NCBI GenBank assembly: GCA_035084275.1 | Contig: CM068758.1 | Span: forward strand, 11,470,001 to 11,534,000 | Source: Hydrolagus colliei | Taxonomy: Eukaryota | DNA length: 64,000 nucleotides | Direction: 5' to 3' | Shown: piece after piece, positions 45,917 through 58,399 of the stretch | Layout of the letters: every line of letters begins with the position of its first letter | How positions within the stretch are numbered: the stretch's first letter is position 1 | The notes under the pieces: generated by a model | The model's input: the letters and a program-made list of their open reading frames with translations, nothing else | Database searches by the model: none | Told to the model about the DNA's origin: nothing | Made by a program: the position numbers and the translations under genes

Positions 45917-48900
45917 CTGGAACAACAACAACAACAACAACATCATCGCTGGTCAGACAGTCATGGCGCCTAAATTCCCTTCCTTCTGTGCTAGCCACAC
46001 ACACACACACAGGCCACAGTTACTGCACACATTCAGTTCCAGATTACAGACGCCAGCAGATTTGCATTAGAAATATTCCAAAGCAATTGCACGGAATTGT
46101 CAACGATTATATTATGAGATAGAGGAGGAAGCGGGAAGGCAGGGGGAGATGAAGTCCAGCACCTCCTCTTTCCCTCTGTCTCCCCTCTCCCTCCTCGCTC
46201 TGTCTCCCTCTCTCTCTCTCTCTGTCGTAAAGGCTCCTGCTCACCTGTCACAGATCCAGCCCTTGCTGCTCATCGGCCTTTTACAGTGGCTGCAGTTGAT
46301 GTGCAGGGTGGTGGATTCCTGGTTCAAACAGTTGATGGAACTGCAAGTGCTCAGTTTGATGACTTGGTTGGAAACATTCCACAGTTTGAATCGCTGCAGC
46401 ACATCGATGTAGGAGGTGTACCAGTGCTCCTGGGGAGACAGGCCAAGAGGAAGCTTCATTCCAAATCCTTCATCAGTTTCCCAAGGAAAGGTTCAATACA
46501 AACCCATTACCCAAGCTTCATATTCTCCAGCTTAATACGGATATAAAAACTCTACAGTTTTATAGTATTTGGAATGAGTCTTACTTGTGTCTGCTCGTCA
46601 ATTTCCTTGCGGATTCGGTCACCAAGAACAATGAGGACGGACACAGCCATCTGCACGTCTCCTTGCTCAGCGTAGTAATGCAGCATGTCTCTGACCAGTG
46701 GGTTGAAGTAATCGGAGGGCAGGAAGGCATCGTACAGAGGGTGAGAGATTGACATCAGGGAAAAGGATTCGATGGGAGTCAAGCACACGGTTTCGGCTTC
46801 ATTGCCACTGACGTGGGGAGAGTCCACCTTCTCCTGCAGGTGGTCGGGAGCGGAAGGGTTATCGATGATTTCGTGCCGGAGTGGGAATGCTTCCTGAGGG
46901 AGAACATAATCCTGCTCCTCTGCTGAGAGAGAGAGAGGAGGAGAAAGGTGTTAGGTTCAGGGAATATTACACTAAAAAGACCAGGGATGTTGAGGACACA
47001 CGCCTCAAACTCCGTTCAGTGGGGAGAAGCACAGCTGACGTTATCGATTGTGCAGTGGAACAGGACCAGAGCTAAGTGAAGCGAGAGGCAAGAGTATTTT
47101 GCCGAGTGTGGGCACACTCACCGGGAGCGTTCTCGTGGTCAACCAGATATAGGTCATCTTCATCTCCCTCCACATCCCCAAATAAATAATCAGCTGGCAC
47201 ATCACTGCCTTCAGTCTCCTCGTTCTCTGAAGTACAAAGAGAGCAACAGAATCAGCAGTAATAACACAGGGTGGTGAGGCAGAGTAATAAGACTGACAAT
47301 AGCGGGTCAGCCCCAGCATCATGACATATGCTAACTGCACGATCGATGCAATGATGAAACAAATTACACAAGTACCTTCATTTGCAGTAATCAAAGGGTT
47401 GGAGGAATCTAAATGATTGCTTTCTTGCCAGTTCTCCGACTTCCCTCTCTCCAGCCTGGCCTCGCTTCCCAGGGCGGCTGCGATCTCCTTAAAACTGGGA
47501 ACAAAACATTCAAGTCTGAGAACGACAGTTTGTTAAAAGGCTGAAGGGACTAAGGGACGTGAGGACAGGGTGGGGAAATGGGATTAGGATCGAATATCAG
47601 CCATGAAAATGGCAGGGCAGGCTTGAGGGGCCGAATGGCCTACTCCTGCTCCTAGTTCTTATGTTCTTAAAACAAACATAAAGCATTAAAATCAGAAGGG
47701 GGGTGGGGGGGGAAGTTCCCTGCTCCAGCTGTAGGGTCCTGTGTCCTTCAACTACAGTCCAGCCTTCCTCCGGGACACCACCCTGCGTGAAGGGCACTAT
47801 ATAAATACAAGTTGTTCTTGGTGTCTTAATGCCTAGGGACTGTCCAACCAGTGGTACCCTCTCTCTTTAATAATGAGTCTTTGGATTTGATATAGAGCCT
47901 TATCCTCCCGTGAAAGGCGCTCTATAAATGTAATTTTGTTGTTGTATTTTCTTGTTTACGAGATGTCTCAAAGCGCTTCACAGAAAAGTGAATTGACTGT
48001 ATATTTTGTGGGTGAAAAGCAGCAGCCAATGGCTCACAGCAGTGTCCTACAAACAGTTGTGGATTGAAGTGACGAATTTATTATTAATAGTTTATCATCA
48101 CATGTTGTCATAAGGTCTTTCCCGTCTGCTACTGTTGGGAGTCCACCCCAGTTCTCTCGGCGGGAAACGGCAGCAAAATAACCCAAACTGGATTATTAAG
48201 CGCTAAAGACACAAACTAGGAATTTCCGTGTTACACGAAGCAGAAGGGAACCTTCCCTCGGTGAGAGACATGGAGCTGCCGCATTCCCAACTCCGCATTC
48301 ATCAGCCAGAACCACAGACAAGGCTCTCACCGAATTCTCTGTCTCTCGCGCTCTCCCACTTGCTGTCTTACCTGTTCATCAGAGGCAGGGCTCCACTCTT
48401 GCCGATGCTCTGGTTCAGGTTGACGGCAGCGATGGCCGCTGGGTTAGAGTAGACAATCCTCAGCATTGTCCATGTCTGAGCCACCTGGAAGCAGAGGAAG
48501 AAGAAACACAGTGACATCCTCGTTTTACCACTGGCTCATTATATCAGAAGTGTTAGCAAACAGTGACACAGGGTGCCTGGATACATGACGGAACTCCCCT
48601 TAACCTCAGCTACAATACGCTAATTCTCACAACAGGCACTGACTGCAATGACCCAGACAATCATTCCTCGTCCCTCGCAGAGCCAGTGCAGCAGAACCTC
48701 TGTGTCTTGTTCTACCCAGAACTCTCCTTCAAATTCTACCTCCCCGTCTCTCGGCTTTCTCTGAGCTCGGCTCCACTGCTACCTCTCCCCCCAGACTGCA
48801 GAGGTGCTCGTTCACGCTTTAATAACCTCCAGGCTTCACTATTGCCTTTACCCTGTGTGTCAGACCCCTCAGCTCTTCTGTATATAAGATGTGTGCTGTT

Positions 48901-51900
48901 CAGCAGTCTGCAGTGTCCGTTCCCTCACCGGGCTCCGGGAGTCTTGTCACCCCCATCCTCCCCAATCGGCAAACACAGGCCTGCTGGACTCCCCCTGCCA
49001 AATCAGCCCATCATTGTTGGTCAGCTATTCACCCCCCCCACCTCCTCTCTGAACCCCCCCACCCTGAGGGGAGGCCTGATTCTCTCCTTGGCCCAGTGAC
49101 CCCAGATACACCTTGTTACGCAGGAGAGGAATCGCGAGCGCAGAGCTGGTTCTGTAGACAGGATGGTGGGGAGGGGGGAGGGGGGTTACCTGGTAACGAT
49201 ACAACTCTTTGGCTACTTTGGCGTTGTGGTCGCAGAGCTCCGCCAGTGGCCGGCCGGTCAGGATGTACTGCCGCGCCGTCTGCACAAACCAGTCCATGGA
49301 GTTACTGCCGGCCTCGGTCTCGAACACGCTGAGAGCGCTCGACACATTGGCAAACTGCTCCGACAAATCCGGCTTCTTGAAGAAGAAGATGGGGTAGCGT
49401 CGGTCTCCGCCGTACGCCTTGCGGTTGGAGTCGGTGGAGAACGGGCTGTCCTTGCCGGCGAAGGCCAGGTCGCCAAACAGCCCATAACACAGGCCCTCGG
49501 GATTGGCCCGATCGACGGGCCGGCTGGCGTCCCGGAACATGTGCTGGTACAGAGTGCTGTCCTTGGACCCCGAGAGCAGGTAGTAAGGCTCGTGGATGTG
49601 TCGCCACACGATACCCGTGGTCACGTCCTTGTGCTCCTCGAACATGGCGAAGGGAATGTACGGCCGCCGGACGTCCCACACGTAGATGTTGTGATCCACC
49701 ATCATGGAGCAGGTGGCCAGGTGGTACTTCATCTCCGGGCGCCACTTGACGCGGGCGACCGAGGCGATGGTCTGCACACAGTAGATCTCCTTGGCCCGGG
49801 TCGTCGTCATGTCCCACACCTTCACCATTTTGTCGCGGCCCCCGGTGGCCAGCCAGCCCCTGCAAGCCACAAACCACAACGCGCCTCATCGCATGGCTGA
49901 CCTCCGCCCACGGTGAATGTCGCGGCACGCCACCCATCTCGCCCAGCGAATTCCAGTCAAAATTGACGGATAATAAGGATAATAATTCCACTCGCCTTCG
50001 ATGACGGTGCCATATCACCTCACAGGGCCTCACAAAATACACTGCAAAGTGAACCGGCGGTATAATTTGTGGGCGAAACGCGGCAGCCACTTACGCACTG
50101 CTGTGTCCCACAAATACTCGTGGATTGAGTGACCAAATTATTAGCATCATTTTTGTAGTGATCCCCTAATCGACTAACAACCAGATTCTGGTAACCAGGG
50201 CCGCGTGGAGTTAGAAAATACTTGGCTCAGGACCACCCCTCCCAAACCCAGCTAGTTCATCCCGTATGTGAGGCGACTGCTCTAACCACTAAACTACAGG
50301 ACTCCAGATGGGGAACTAAGTCAGTTTGTACACTTTTTTTTAAAAGAAAAAATGTCCACTTTTTCTTTCTCTAATTTTCTCCCACTGCTCCCACGTCCTG
50401 AAGCTGCAGCCAGCACAGACCAGGATTCCAGCCAGTGATCTTGTATTCCGTACATTGCTGCTCTGGCCACTACACCATCGGGTTTATCCTGATTTGGGCA
50501 CGCTTAAACTTGGTGAAATAGATAATTATAAGCATAATAATTTGGTCACTCAATCCACGACTATTTGTGGGACACTGCCGTGCGCAATTGGCTGCTGCGT
50601 TTCACCCTCAAAATAGACAGTCAATTCACTTTGCAGTACATCTCCGCGAAGCGCTTTGAGACATCTCGAAGACCCAACAAGGCGCGATATCAAATGCAAG
50701 GATTGTTGTGTGTCAGACGCCCGGGCTGACCAAAGAAATCAAAAAGGATTCTAAGAGTTTGACAAAGCCGACCATCTCGGCTCTAAACGCCTCGGAGTGC
50801 GAGCGAGCCGCTCACCTGTCGTCCGGGTGCCAATCGCAGCAGAACACGGGCCCGTTGTGCGCTGTAAACATGCGCTCGTATCGGTCTGGTCGCCTGATGT
50901 CCCAGATCTGAACATTACCGTTTTCGAATGACGCAGCGAATGTGAAGTAATCCCTGACGCTGAATTGGACATCGCGCACGCTCTCTGACTGACCTGCGGA
51001 AGACGAGAGTTTCCAATCACAAGGTTTACAAACGTCACGCTCACCCTGGCTATTCGGCCGGCCGCCACAACAACAACAAATTGCATTCAGATTGAGGCCT
51101 TTCACAGCGGGAGGGCGTCCCGAGGCCCTGGACAGGGAAGGGTTTGTACCTGAGCTTTGGGTTGGAGTCACGAAGGGGGATGATGGTCAAAGAGGAAGGT
51201 CTTGGAAGCAAAGGACGGGGCAGGGATTAGGAGTTCCAGGGGGCGGGGGCAGGAAAACTAAAGGACCGACCTCTAGCCTTTCTGCCCCCGCCAAGACTTA
51301 ACAGCAACCGCATAAAACATACATCAATTAATCAAAGCCCGAGATGGCAAACATGGTGAAGTTGAGCAGCTCGCTTGGTCGCGCCACATTAACCTTGGTG
51401 AACGATTTGCAGACATCCTGGACAGGGACCTGCTGAGATAGCCCAGGGAGCAGCGTTACCACATTAAGCTGAGGGCAGGTACACAAATGTACCCGGGTTC
51501 AAGTTCTACTCTGCTCAGCTCCTCTCCACACACATACTCCATGGAAAACTTCAAACGCTTTAAACTTAATGGTAATGGAATGATTTCCAGAATACAAACC
51601 GCCACAAGAAATGATGTTGAGAGAATCTGGATTACGACAACAACAACAACAACAACGCGCATTTATACCCTTCACGCCGGATGGCGTCTCCGAGCGCACA
51701 CTCTCCGAGCGGTTAGCGAGCGCGGAGGAGGAGGAGGGGGCCGGCGCTGGCAGTTGGCCTGTCACCTGAGAAGGTGCTGACGGACTCTCTCTTCCTGAGG
51801 TCGAAGCATTTCATGTACCCGTCCTGGGAGCCGCTCAGCAGCATGTAGCCCTCGGTGGGGTGGAAACAGACTTTATTGACCGTGCGCTTGTGCTCGGTGA

Positions 51901-52246
51901 ACAGCTGGTCCTGCTTGTTGCGGGACGGCTTCCCCAGGTTCCAGGTCACCACCGCGCCGTTGGTGGCCGCCGTGGCCAGCAGGTTCTCCTCCACCTGGTG
52001 CCACACCACGTCGGCGCAGCTGAAGTTGAGCGACAGCTTGCGGCCCACGCGCAGGTTGGCCTTCTCCACAAACTGCTCCTCCTCCACCGCGTAGATCTTG
52101 AAGATGTTGCGCCCGGCCACCACCACCTGGGCGGCGTCCCTGCACACGCTGATGGCGTTCGCCGGCGCGTCCAGGTGGCAGAACATCGTGCGGCCCGTGA
52201 TGGTCACACCGCTCAGGGCCGTGGTCACCCGCGACATCTTCTCCAT
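45748..52246 (-). CDS. WDR24: WDR24 (GATOR2 complex subunit; WD40 repeats plus C-terminal Zn-finger/RING), whole coding span, 9 exons, 785 aa
   Basis: [13 protein letters not shown]...[24 protein letters not shown]... through [31 protein letters not shown]...[12 protein letters not shown]; 2358 nt, phases consistent. Confidence 0.98.
46245..46429 (-). CDS. WDR24: WDR24 coding exon 8
   Basis: [27 protein letters not shown]...[17 protein letters not shown]; AG/GTGAGC. Confidence 0.96.
46585..46922 (-). CDS. WDR24: WDR24 coding exon 7
   Basis: [19 protein letters not shown]...[34 protein letters not shown]; CAGCAG acceptor, GTAAGA donor. Confidence 0.94.
47122..47226 (-). CDS. WDR24: WDR24 coding exon 6
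   Basis: [35 protein letters not shown]; AG/GTGAGT. Confidence 0.93.
47376..47494 (-). CDS. WDR24: WDR24 coding exon 5
   Basis: [40 protein letters not shown]; AG/GTACTT. Confidence 0.9.
48372..48484 (-). CDS. WDR24: WDR24 coding exon 4
   Basis: [37 protein letters not shown]; AG/GTAAGA. Confidence 0.94.
49190..49859 (-). CDS. WDR24: WDR24 coding exon 3
   Basis: [17 protein letters not shown]...[19 protein letters not shown]; AG/GTAACC. Confidence 0.96.
50816..50993 (-). CDS. WDR24: WDR24 coding exon 2
   Basis: [58 protein letters not shown]; AG/GTGAGC. Confidence 0.96.
51766..52246 (-). CDS. WDR24: WDR24 coding exon 1
   Basis: Strong Kozak GCCGCC-like cccgccATGG; ends STFS G at donor GTGACA. 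Confidence 0.96.
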
Positions 52247-52635
52247 GGCGGGATTACGTTGCCGCCAAAGTGCCACCCGGGGAACGGAGTTAGGAATCTC
52301 GTCGCTGACTTCCCTCGGTCTTGCCGAACCTCAAGCCAGCTCGGCAGGGTGAGCGGCCTCCATTTCGTCCCGTTGTCGGTAACTCAGCAGAACGAGGGGT
52401 CGCTCGCCGTCAGAGAGACCTCCGGGTCCCGGGCAGGGCGGGCTGCCATCGTCTCAGTCGCTATCTCCCTCGGACTCAACGACCCTCGTTCATTCCATCG
52501 AATCTCCGCCTAAACGTCCCCCGGATGCTCAGGGTGCGGCCGCTCCCGGTGACGGCTTCCCATCGATCCCGTTCCAACGCGGGCCCCAGACGCGGCAAAT
52601 CCCAGAGCTCACGCAGAATTCAGAGCAAACAAATT
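52247..52635 (-). other. WDR24: WDR24 5' UTR portion of the ATG-containing exon
   Basis: On the - strand, a long pyrimidine tract ending TTTTAG at 52636 forms an acceptor; the region is GC/CpG-rich. Confidence 0.6.
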
Positions 52636-53199
52636 CTAAAAGCAGAGGAAAGAAAAAAAGTGGCCAACAAAGCGATTCAAAAATCTTCTCTTTTACCTAA
52701 ATATGCGGGTAACTCGCCCCAGTGTCAGGATCGTCACCTCATCAATCGCAGGGTATTTCCCATGCGAAAATACCGTACAATGATAAGAATAATAATCCCT
52801 ACGTCTAACTTAGCGGTTTCCACATCTTATCGACGTCTCGAAGCTCTTCACAGAATGCAACGGAATCACGCCGATGCGGCGTCCTTTACGTCAGGAGGCG
52901 CTGAACAGTCAGATAGGGACCAGAGCAGGGGGCGGAGGGGTCAGGGTAGGGGGAAGGAGAGTAGGAGAATTGACTGTATATTTGTGGGTGAAATACTGTA
53001 TACTGTACACCAAGTGCAGCATGATGATGCACAATTTGTGGGTGAGAGTGTGTTCAGCTTGGTGTGGGTGGGGCAATTCGGAGGGAGAGTGAGGGAGAGA
53101 TGGTTTGAGGGTGTAGTGTTTGAAAGGGCTGTCACCCTGAGCCTGGCTGAGGAGATAGAGACCAGGGGAGAGACAGAGAGGGTCCCCCAGGGGAGAGCT

Positions 53200-53713
53200 T
53201 GGGACACTCACACTCTCTCCCCCCCTCCCTCCTCTCCCCACCACCTCTCCCCTCCCGCCCCCCGGGCCGGCACCGAGCCTCTCTCACCTTCCTCCCTGGG
53301 CCATTCACCGGAACGTCTCAAGCTCCCGCCGGAAACTGTCCCTTGCGCGGCTAGTGTCCGTCACACAATAGCCCGGGACAAACGTTCCGCCTCCGCTTCA
53401 CTCCCGGCGTCCCCTCGGAGCGCCCGCTCCCCTCTGTCCCCACCCTCTACACCAGGGCGCGCTCCCCCCCACCTTCGGGCCGGCGCTCTACCGCGCCCCC
53501 CTCTGGCCCCGCCCCTCAGACCCCGCCCCGCCCCCTCATCCCCTCAAGCCTCGCCCCCGCTCCCACTCAGGCCCCTCCCCCTCAGGCCCCGCCCCCGGAG
53601 CTGGAATCCTCGGGGGCGCGGTCCTACATTTCCCGGCATGCCCCATTGCGCGCCCGCTCACGTGATCACAACAACTTGTCACGTGGTCAGTAACCCTAAC
53701 AACCCAACAACAA
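53200..53713 (-). promoter_or_regulatory. WDR24: WDR24 CpG-island promoter and probable non-coding exon 1 (donor AAG|GTGAGA at 53287)
   Basis: Very GC-rich, multiple CCCCGCCC GC boxes, TCACGTGA at 53658 and GTCACGTGG at 53678; truncated by the gap. Confidence 0.75.
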
Positions 53714-54492
53714 NNNNNNNNNNNNNNNNNNNNNNNNNNNNNNNNNNNNNNNNNNNNNNNNNNNNNNNNNNNNNNNNNNNNNNNNNNNNNNNNNNNNNNN
53801 NNNNNNNNNNNNNNNNNNNNNNNNNNNNNNNNNNNNNNNNNNNNNNNNNNNNNNNNNNNNNNNNNNNNNNNNNNNNNNNNNNNNNNNNNNNNNNNNNNNN
53901 NNNNNNNNNNNNNNNNNNNNNNNNNNNNNNNNNNNNNNNNNNNNNNNNNNNNNNNNNNNNNNNNNNNNNNNNNNNNNNNNNNNNNNNNNNNNNNNNNNNN
54001 NNNNNNNNNNNNNNNNNNNNNNNNNNNNNNNNNNNNNNNNNNNNNNNNNNNNNNNNNNNNNNNNNNNNNNNNNNNNNNNNNNNNNNNNNNNNNNNNNNNN
54101 NNNNNNNNNNNNNNNNNNNNNNNNNNNNNNNNNNNNNNNNNNNNNNNNNNNNNNNNNNNNNNNNNNNNNNNNNNNNNNNNNNNNNNNNNNNNNNNNNNNN
54201 NNNNNNNNNNNNNNNNNNNNNNNNNNNNNNNNNNNNNNNNNNNNNNNNNNNNNNNNNNNNNNNNNNNNNNNNNNNNNNNNNNNNNNNNNNNNNNNNNNNN
54301 NNNNNNNNNNNNNNNNNNNNNNNNNNNNNNNNNNNNNNNNNNNNNNNNNNNNNNNNNNNNNNNNNNNNNNNNNNNNNNNNNNNNNNNNNNNNNNNNNNNN
54401 NNNNNNNNNNNNNNNNNNNNNNNNNNNNNNNNNNNNNNNNNNNNNNNNNNNNNNNNNNNNNNNNNNNNNNNNNNNNNNNNNNNNNNNNNNNN
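53714..54492. other. Assembly gap (779 N)
   Basis: Run of N. Confidence 1.
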
Positions 54493-57400
54493 GGCGGCCA
54501 GTGATGGAGTCATCAACAAAAACAACCATTTGTTTACTCACGTCTGCTAGACGTCTCAAAGCGCTTCACAGAATACACCGTAAAGTGAATTGCCTGTATA
54601 TTCGTGGGCAAAATGCAGCAGCCACAGGAGTGGTGGATTGAAGTGACTGATTTATTATTGTTCTTTTCTTGAGAGATTATTACCAGGCGTATGGAGTAAG
54701 GAAACTTTCCCAAGGTTTTGCCCTGACCTGCCGAGAGAGCTAACGGTATCTGGGCAATTAATGTTGAGGCATTTTGGAAGTGTGGGAACCAGTTGTTTTT
54801 GGCACCAGGCGTAAGTGATCGGAGCCTCACAGATCTATCTCAGCGCCAGTTCTAAGCATCGATGTCGTTCTCCGTCCTCCATCACAGGAACGTAGTATTT
54901 CAGTTATAAGTCTTGCTCATGTGATATAGCACTCGATCACATCAGCAGGACGTCTCAAAGCGCTTCACGGGATTTAGTGTGGGGTGGAGTGACCGCGGCA
55001 CAAATTTTTTTTTATGTAAGGAGCTCGGTCCAGTGTTTATTGTGTCGTGAGCTGGGCTCAGACTGAAACAAAGAGAAAGTGACACCCTCGGTGTGTAAAT
55101 ACTGTACACCTTTCCAGAGCGTTTTAGACAGAAGCCGTCACTCACACGGTGCACTAGGGGGCGCTGCTTCACCACACTGGGTGCCTAAGCATGCGTCTGG
55201 CCTGAATTTCCATTGAGCTAAAGTGAACACCAACTTACAGTGCCCCAGGCTTCAGAAATGATGGTGACTGAACTGTTCCGCCTTAAAATACTGGGTGAAT
55301 CCAAGCTATTCATCTGAAGGCAATCAGCATCTTTCGATAAATAAAATAACTCCACAATTGAGCAGGTTAACGGGCTCCAATTCAGTTTGTCAGATTCCAT
55401 TAGATTCTGTCTTTATTCTTCATGTATTAAAATTCTCTTTGCGTTAGCTTTCACTTTACAGTGGTTGACGTCGACTGGTTCAATCACTCAATGGAATATC
55501 ACATTTGTCTCGCTGAATGACATAGCGATAGGAGACAAACATTGACGCCTGGTCACAGTGTTTCCAAGCTTACATTTCTTTATTTTCTGTTCTGATTTTC
55601 TGTTCTGAAAAACAGATTCCGTATTTCCAGATCACTACTAATTTGAAACGTGATATGAAAGAGATTATTATTATTCATTTCAATGCAGCAATGTCCCCAT
55701 GAACAACCATCGAGTGAGTGACCGATTTTATTTGGGGGATTGTTGTCCAGGACACCAGGAAAAACTCTCTTCCCTTTTTGAACAGGGCTACAGGATCTTT
55801 GATGTCTTTAGCACAGATGGGTGGAAATGTTTGGCTTAGTGTCTCATGCGAGAGATGACTGACCCCTCTCACAATGCAGTACATTCCAAGCACTGCATGG
55901 GAGTGTCAGGTTAGACTGTGTAATTCCAAGTCCCAACTGAGCCGGCCTGTCTTTGCAATGTGATTATTCGACAAACATTGACAGATTCTCTGACAGAAAT
56001 ATTCCCTTCACATGCATTCAGAGAAATTATCTGTCAATATCTTGGATGGTTTGCTGTGAGCGAAAATTAATGTTTCTGCTGTGCAATCCGTCAGATGCCA
56101 GTCAGCCATCACAGTGACACAGACAGACACAGACACAAGGATGGAGACAGTGACACAGACAGTGACGGAGCAACAGGGGGACTATAATAATGGAAACAAT
56201 TGCTTAGCATCCAAATTGTGCGACCACTATTTAATCATTAATTAAATGGTAAAGTTTCCTTACAACCAGCACTGCAATGGAGGATCAACCTCAACTATAA
56301 TAATAATACTAATCCTTGCATTTAAAAAGTGGCAGCCAATTGCGCACAACAATGTCCCACAAACAGTCGTAGCTTGAAAATGACCAATTTATTATTGTTT
56401 TCTGTATGAATTCAAACTCCTCCTGACATTCAACAACAACGACGACAAAATTACATTTGTAGAGCGCCTTTAACGTCGGGAGGACATCCCAAGATGCTGA
56501 ACAGTCAGGGGTCAGGACCCGAGCATGGGGTGGGTGGGGTGGGTGGGGGGGGGGGGGGGGCAAGAGTGCTACCAACAGAGCCTGACTTCAGTTGTGGGTC
56601 GGAGGAACCCCATCAGCTCCGTGCTCACAATCCTGAAGCATAACTGTCTTATATGCTACGAACCTAACCGGCATTGGGAATCTGCTGCCACTGAGCGAGA
56701 ATTCAGGCCGTGGACAACAAGGCCATGGAGGGATCTGAGTGTCCAAGCAAACGCTGGTGCCCGACAATAACAAAATTACATTTGTACAGCGCCTTTCATG
56801 TCGGGAGGACATCACAAAGCCCTGGACAGTCAATGTTTCAGAAATATATATATATATATCTATCTTATTATCCGATTAAGTGCGAATGTGTCATTCAGAG
56901 TGTCCAATGCAAACGTGGGCCGACACCGAGTGCGGAAACCTTTCAACATGATAACTTCTCCCCTCTCACCACGGTGGGTGACATTGGGGCTATGGTTAAG
57001 TGAATATGCCACGAGGAGGATTGTCTGCAAATAACAAGTTAGCAGCTGATCCAGAACAAATTGGATTGTAGATCCAATTTCACATCGGGCGGACATCCCG
57101 AGACGCTAGACACTGAAGGGTTTGCACTCAAGCTGCGAGTTGGGACCAGAGAGGGGTGGAGGATAAAGGAGGTGTGGGTGGGGGTGGGAGGAAGATTATC
57201 AGAGATATGAATTACTTCAGCGCATTTTACTGCTGACTCTGACCTGCTTTGAGTTTGATTCTCTGTTCTCCTGCCCATGAGAATTGGAAGCCACATAAAC
57301 AACAAGATATCCATGACTCACAAACTAACACATTAGGATGGAAATTGTTCTGTCAGTGATTAAAAGCAAAAGGCATCATGTCATTCTCATACACAGAAAC

Positions 57401-58086
57401 CCCATTTATTTTTATTATTGTATGTTTTCCCTTTTTAATTATATAAATTAACCGGCGCATTGCTCTCATGTCAAGTGCTTTGTGCAAACACTTCTGGCGT
57501 GTATAGTGAGTCATAGCATATCATAAAATAAAACAATAATACAGTAATCATTCAGAGAAATTGTCTCTTTCTGCTCCAGTCCCTATTTGAAGAACATCAA
57601 CCTACATGAATAACCATACGCTTTATGGAAATGAAAATTACTTTAAAAAAGTGATTGGCATTGATTTGAGAATATAAAGATTATTCTCTAGTTATAGTCA
57701 AATCTCTTCTGGTGGGATTCTCCGCATTGCCCGTGTTATCAAAAGCCAGGACTGTTTAGTCACAGTCAAGGTTACTCGTCAAGGTATCACACATCTATAT
57801 GTTGGAGCTATATGTCTCAACTTTCTTCTCTGGCCTGTGTTTACACTTGTCCTGAACACACAGCCACCATATTGGAAGTTCTACTTCAATATCCTGGACG
57901 CCACGATATAGCGGAGCACGAAAACGTGGTGTGACTGCGCCAATTGTCATCAATATATACAGTACAGTCACCCCACTTTACAATGCATCCTGTGAAGTGC
58001 TTTGAGACACGATGAGGCGTGGTATCAAATGCAAGGACTTATTTTTGTTATGATCAGTCTCCACTTTCTGTGTTCTTGAGCACATA

Positions 58087-58399
58087 GTAATAATAATAAT
58101 CCTTGCATTTGATATAGCGCTTTTCACGTCCTCTAGACGTCTCAAAGCGCTTCGCAGAATATACTGTAAAGTGAATTAACTGTATACTTATAGACCAAAC
58201 CCGGCAGCCAATTGCGCACAGCAGCGTCCCCACAAACGGTCATGGATTGAAAAGACTGTTTTATTGTTTTTTTTCTTGAGGGATTATTATCGGGTGTGTG
58301 GAGTAAGGAGACTTGCCCAAGGTTTCGCCCTGACCTGCCTGGGATTGAACCCAGGTCTCTCGTTGGGTGAGTGCTCTAACCACTGAGCTACTGGACTCC
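58087..58399 (-). mobile_element. Full-length tRNA-derived SINE with (ATT)n tail
   Basis: On the - strand, A box TAGCTCAGTGG and B box GGTTCAATCC; body shared with many copies in the window; L2-like 3' tail. Confidence 0.9.

Noticed and set aside
49163-50090. 245 aa antisense and 262 aa alternative-frame ORFs over WDR24 exon 3 (similarly 51860-52513)
   Set aside because: Expected shadow ORFs of GC3-rich coding sequence, with no independent gene signals.
52321-54559. 727, 329 and 287 aa ORFs
   Set aside because: They run through the N gap, a GC-rich promoter and SINE/L2 fragments; artefacts.
58340-58399. tRNA-like sequences with A and B boxes (also about 23170-23233, 60070-60132 and 62105-62168)
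   Set aside because: These are SINE heads continuous with the SINE body, not tRNA genes.
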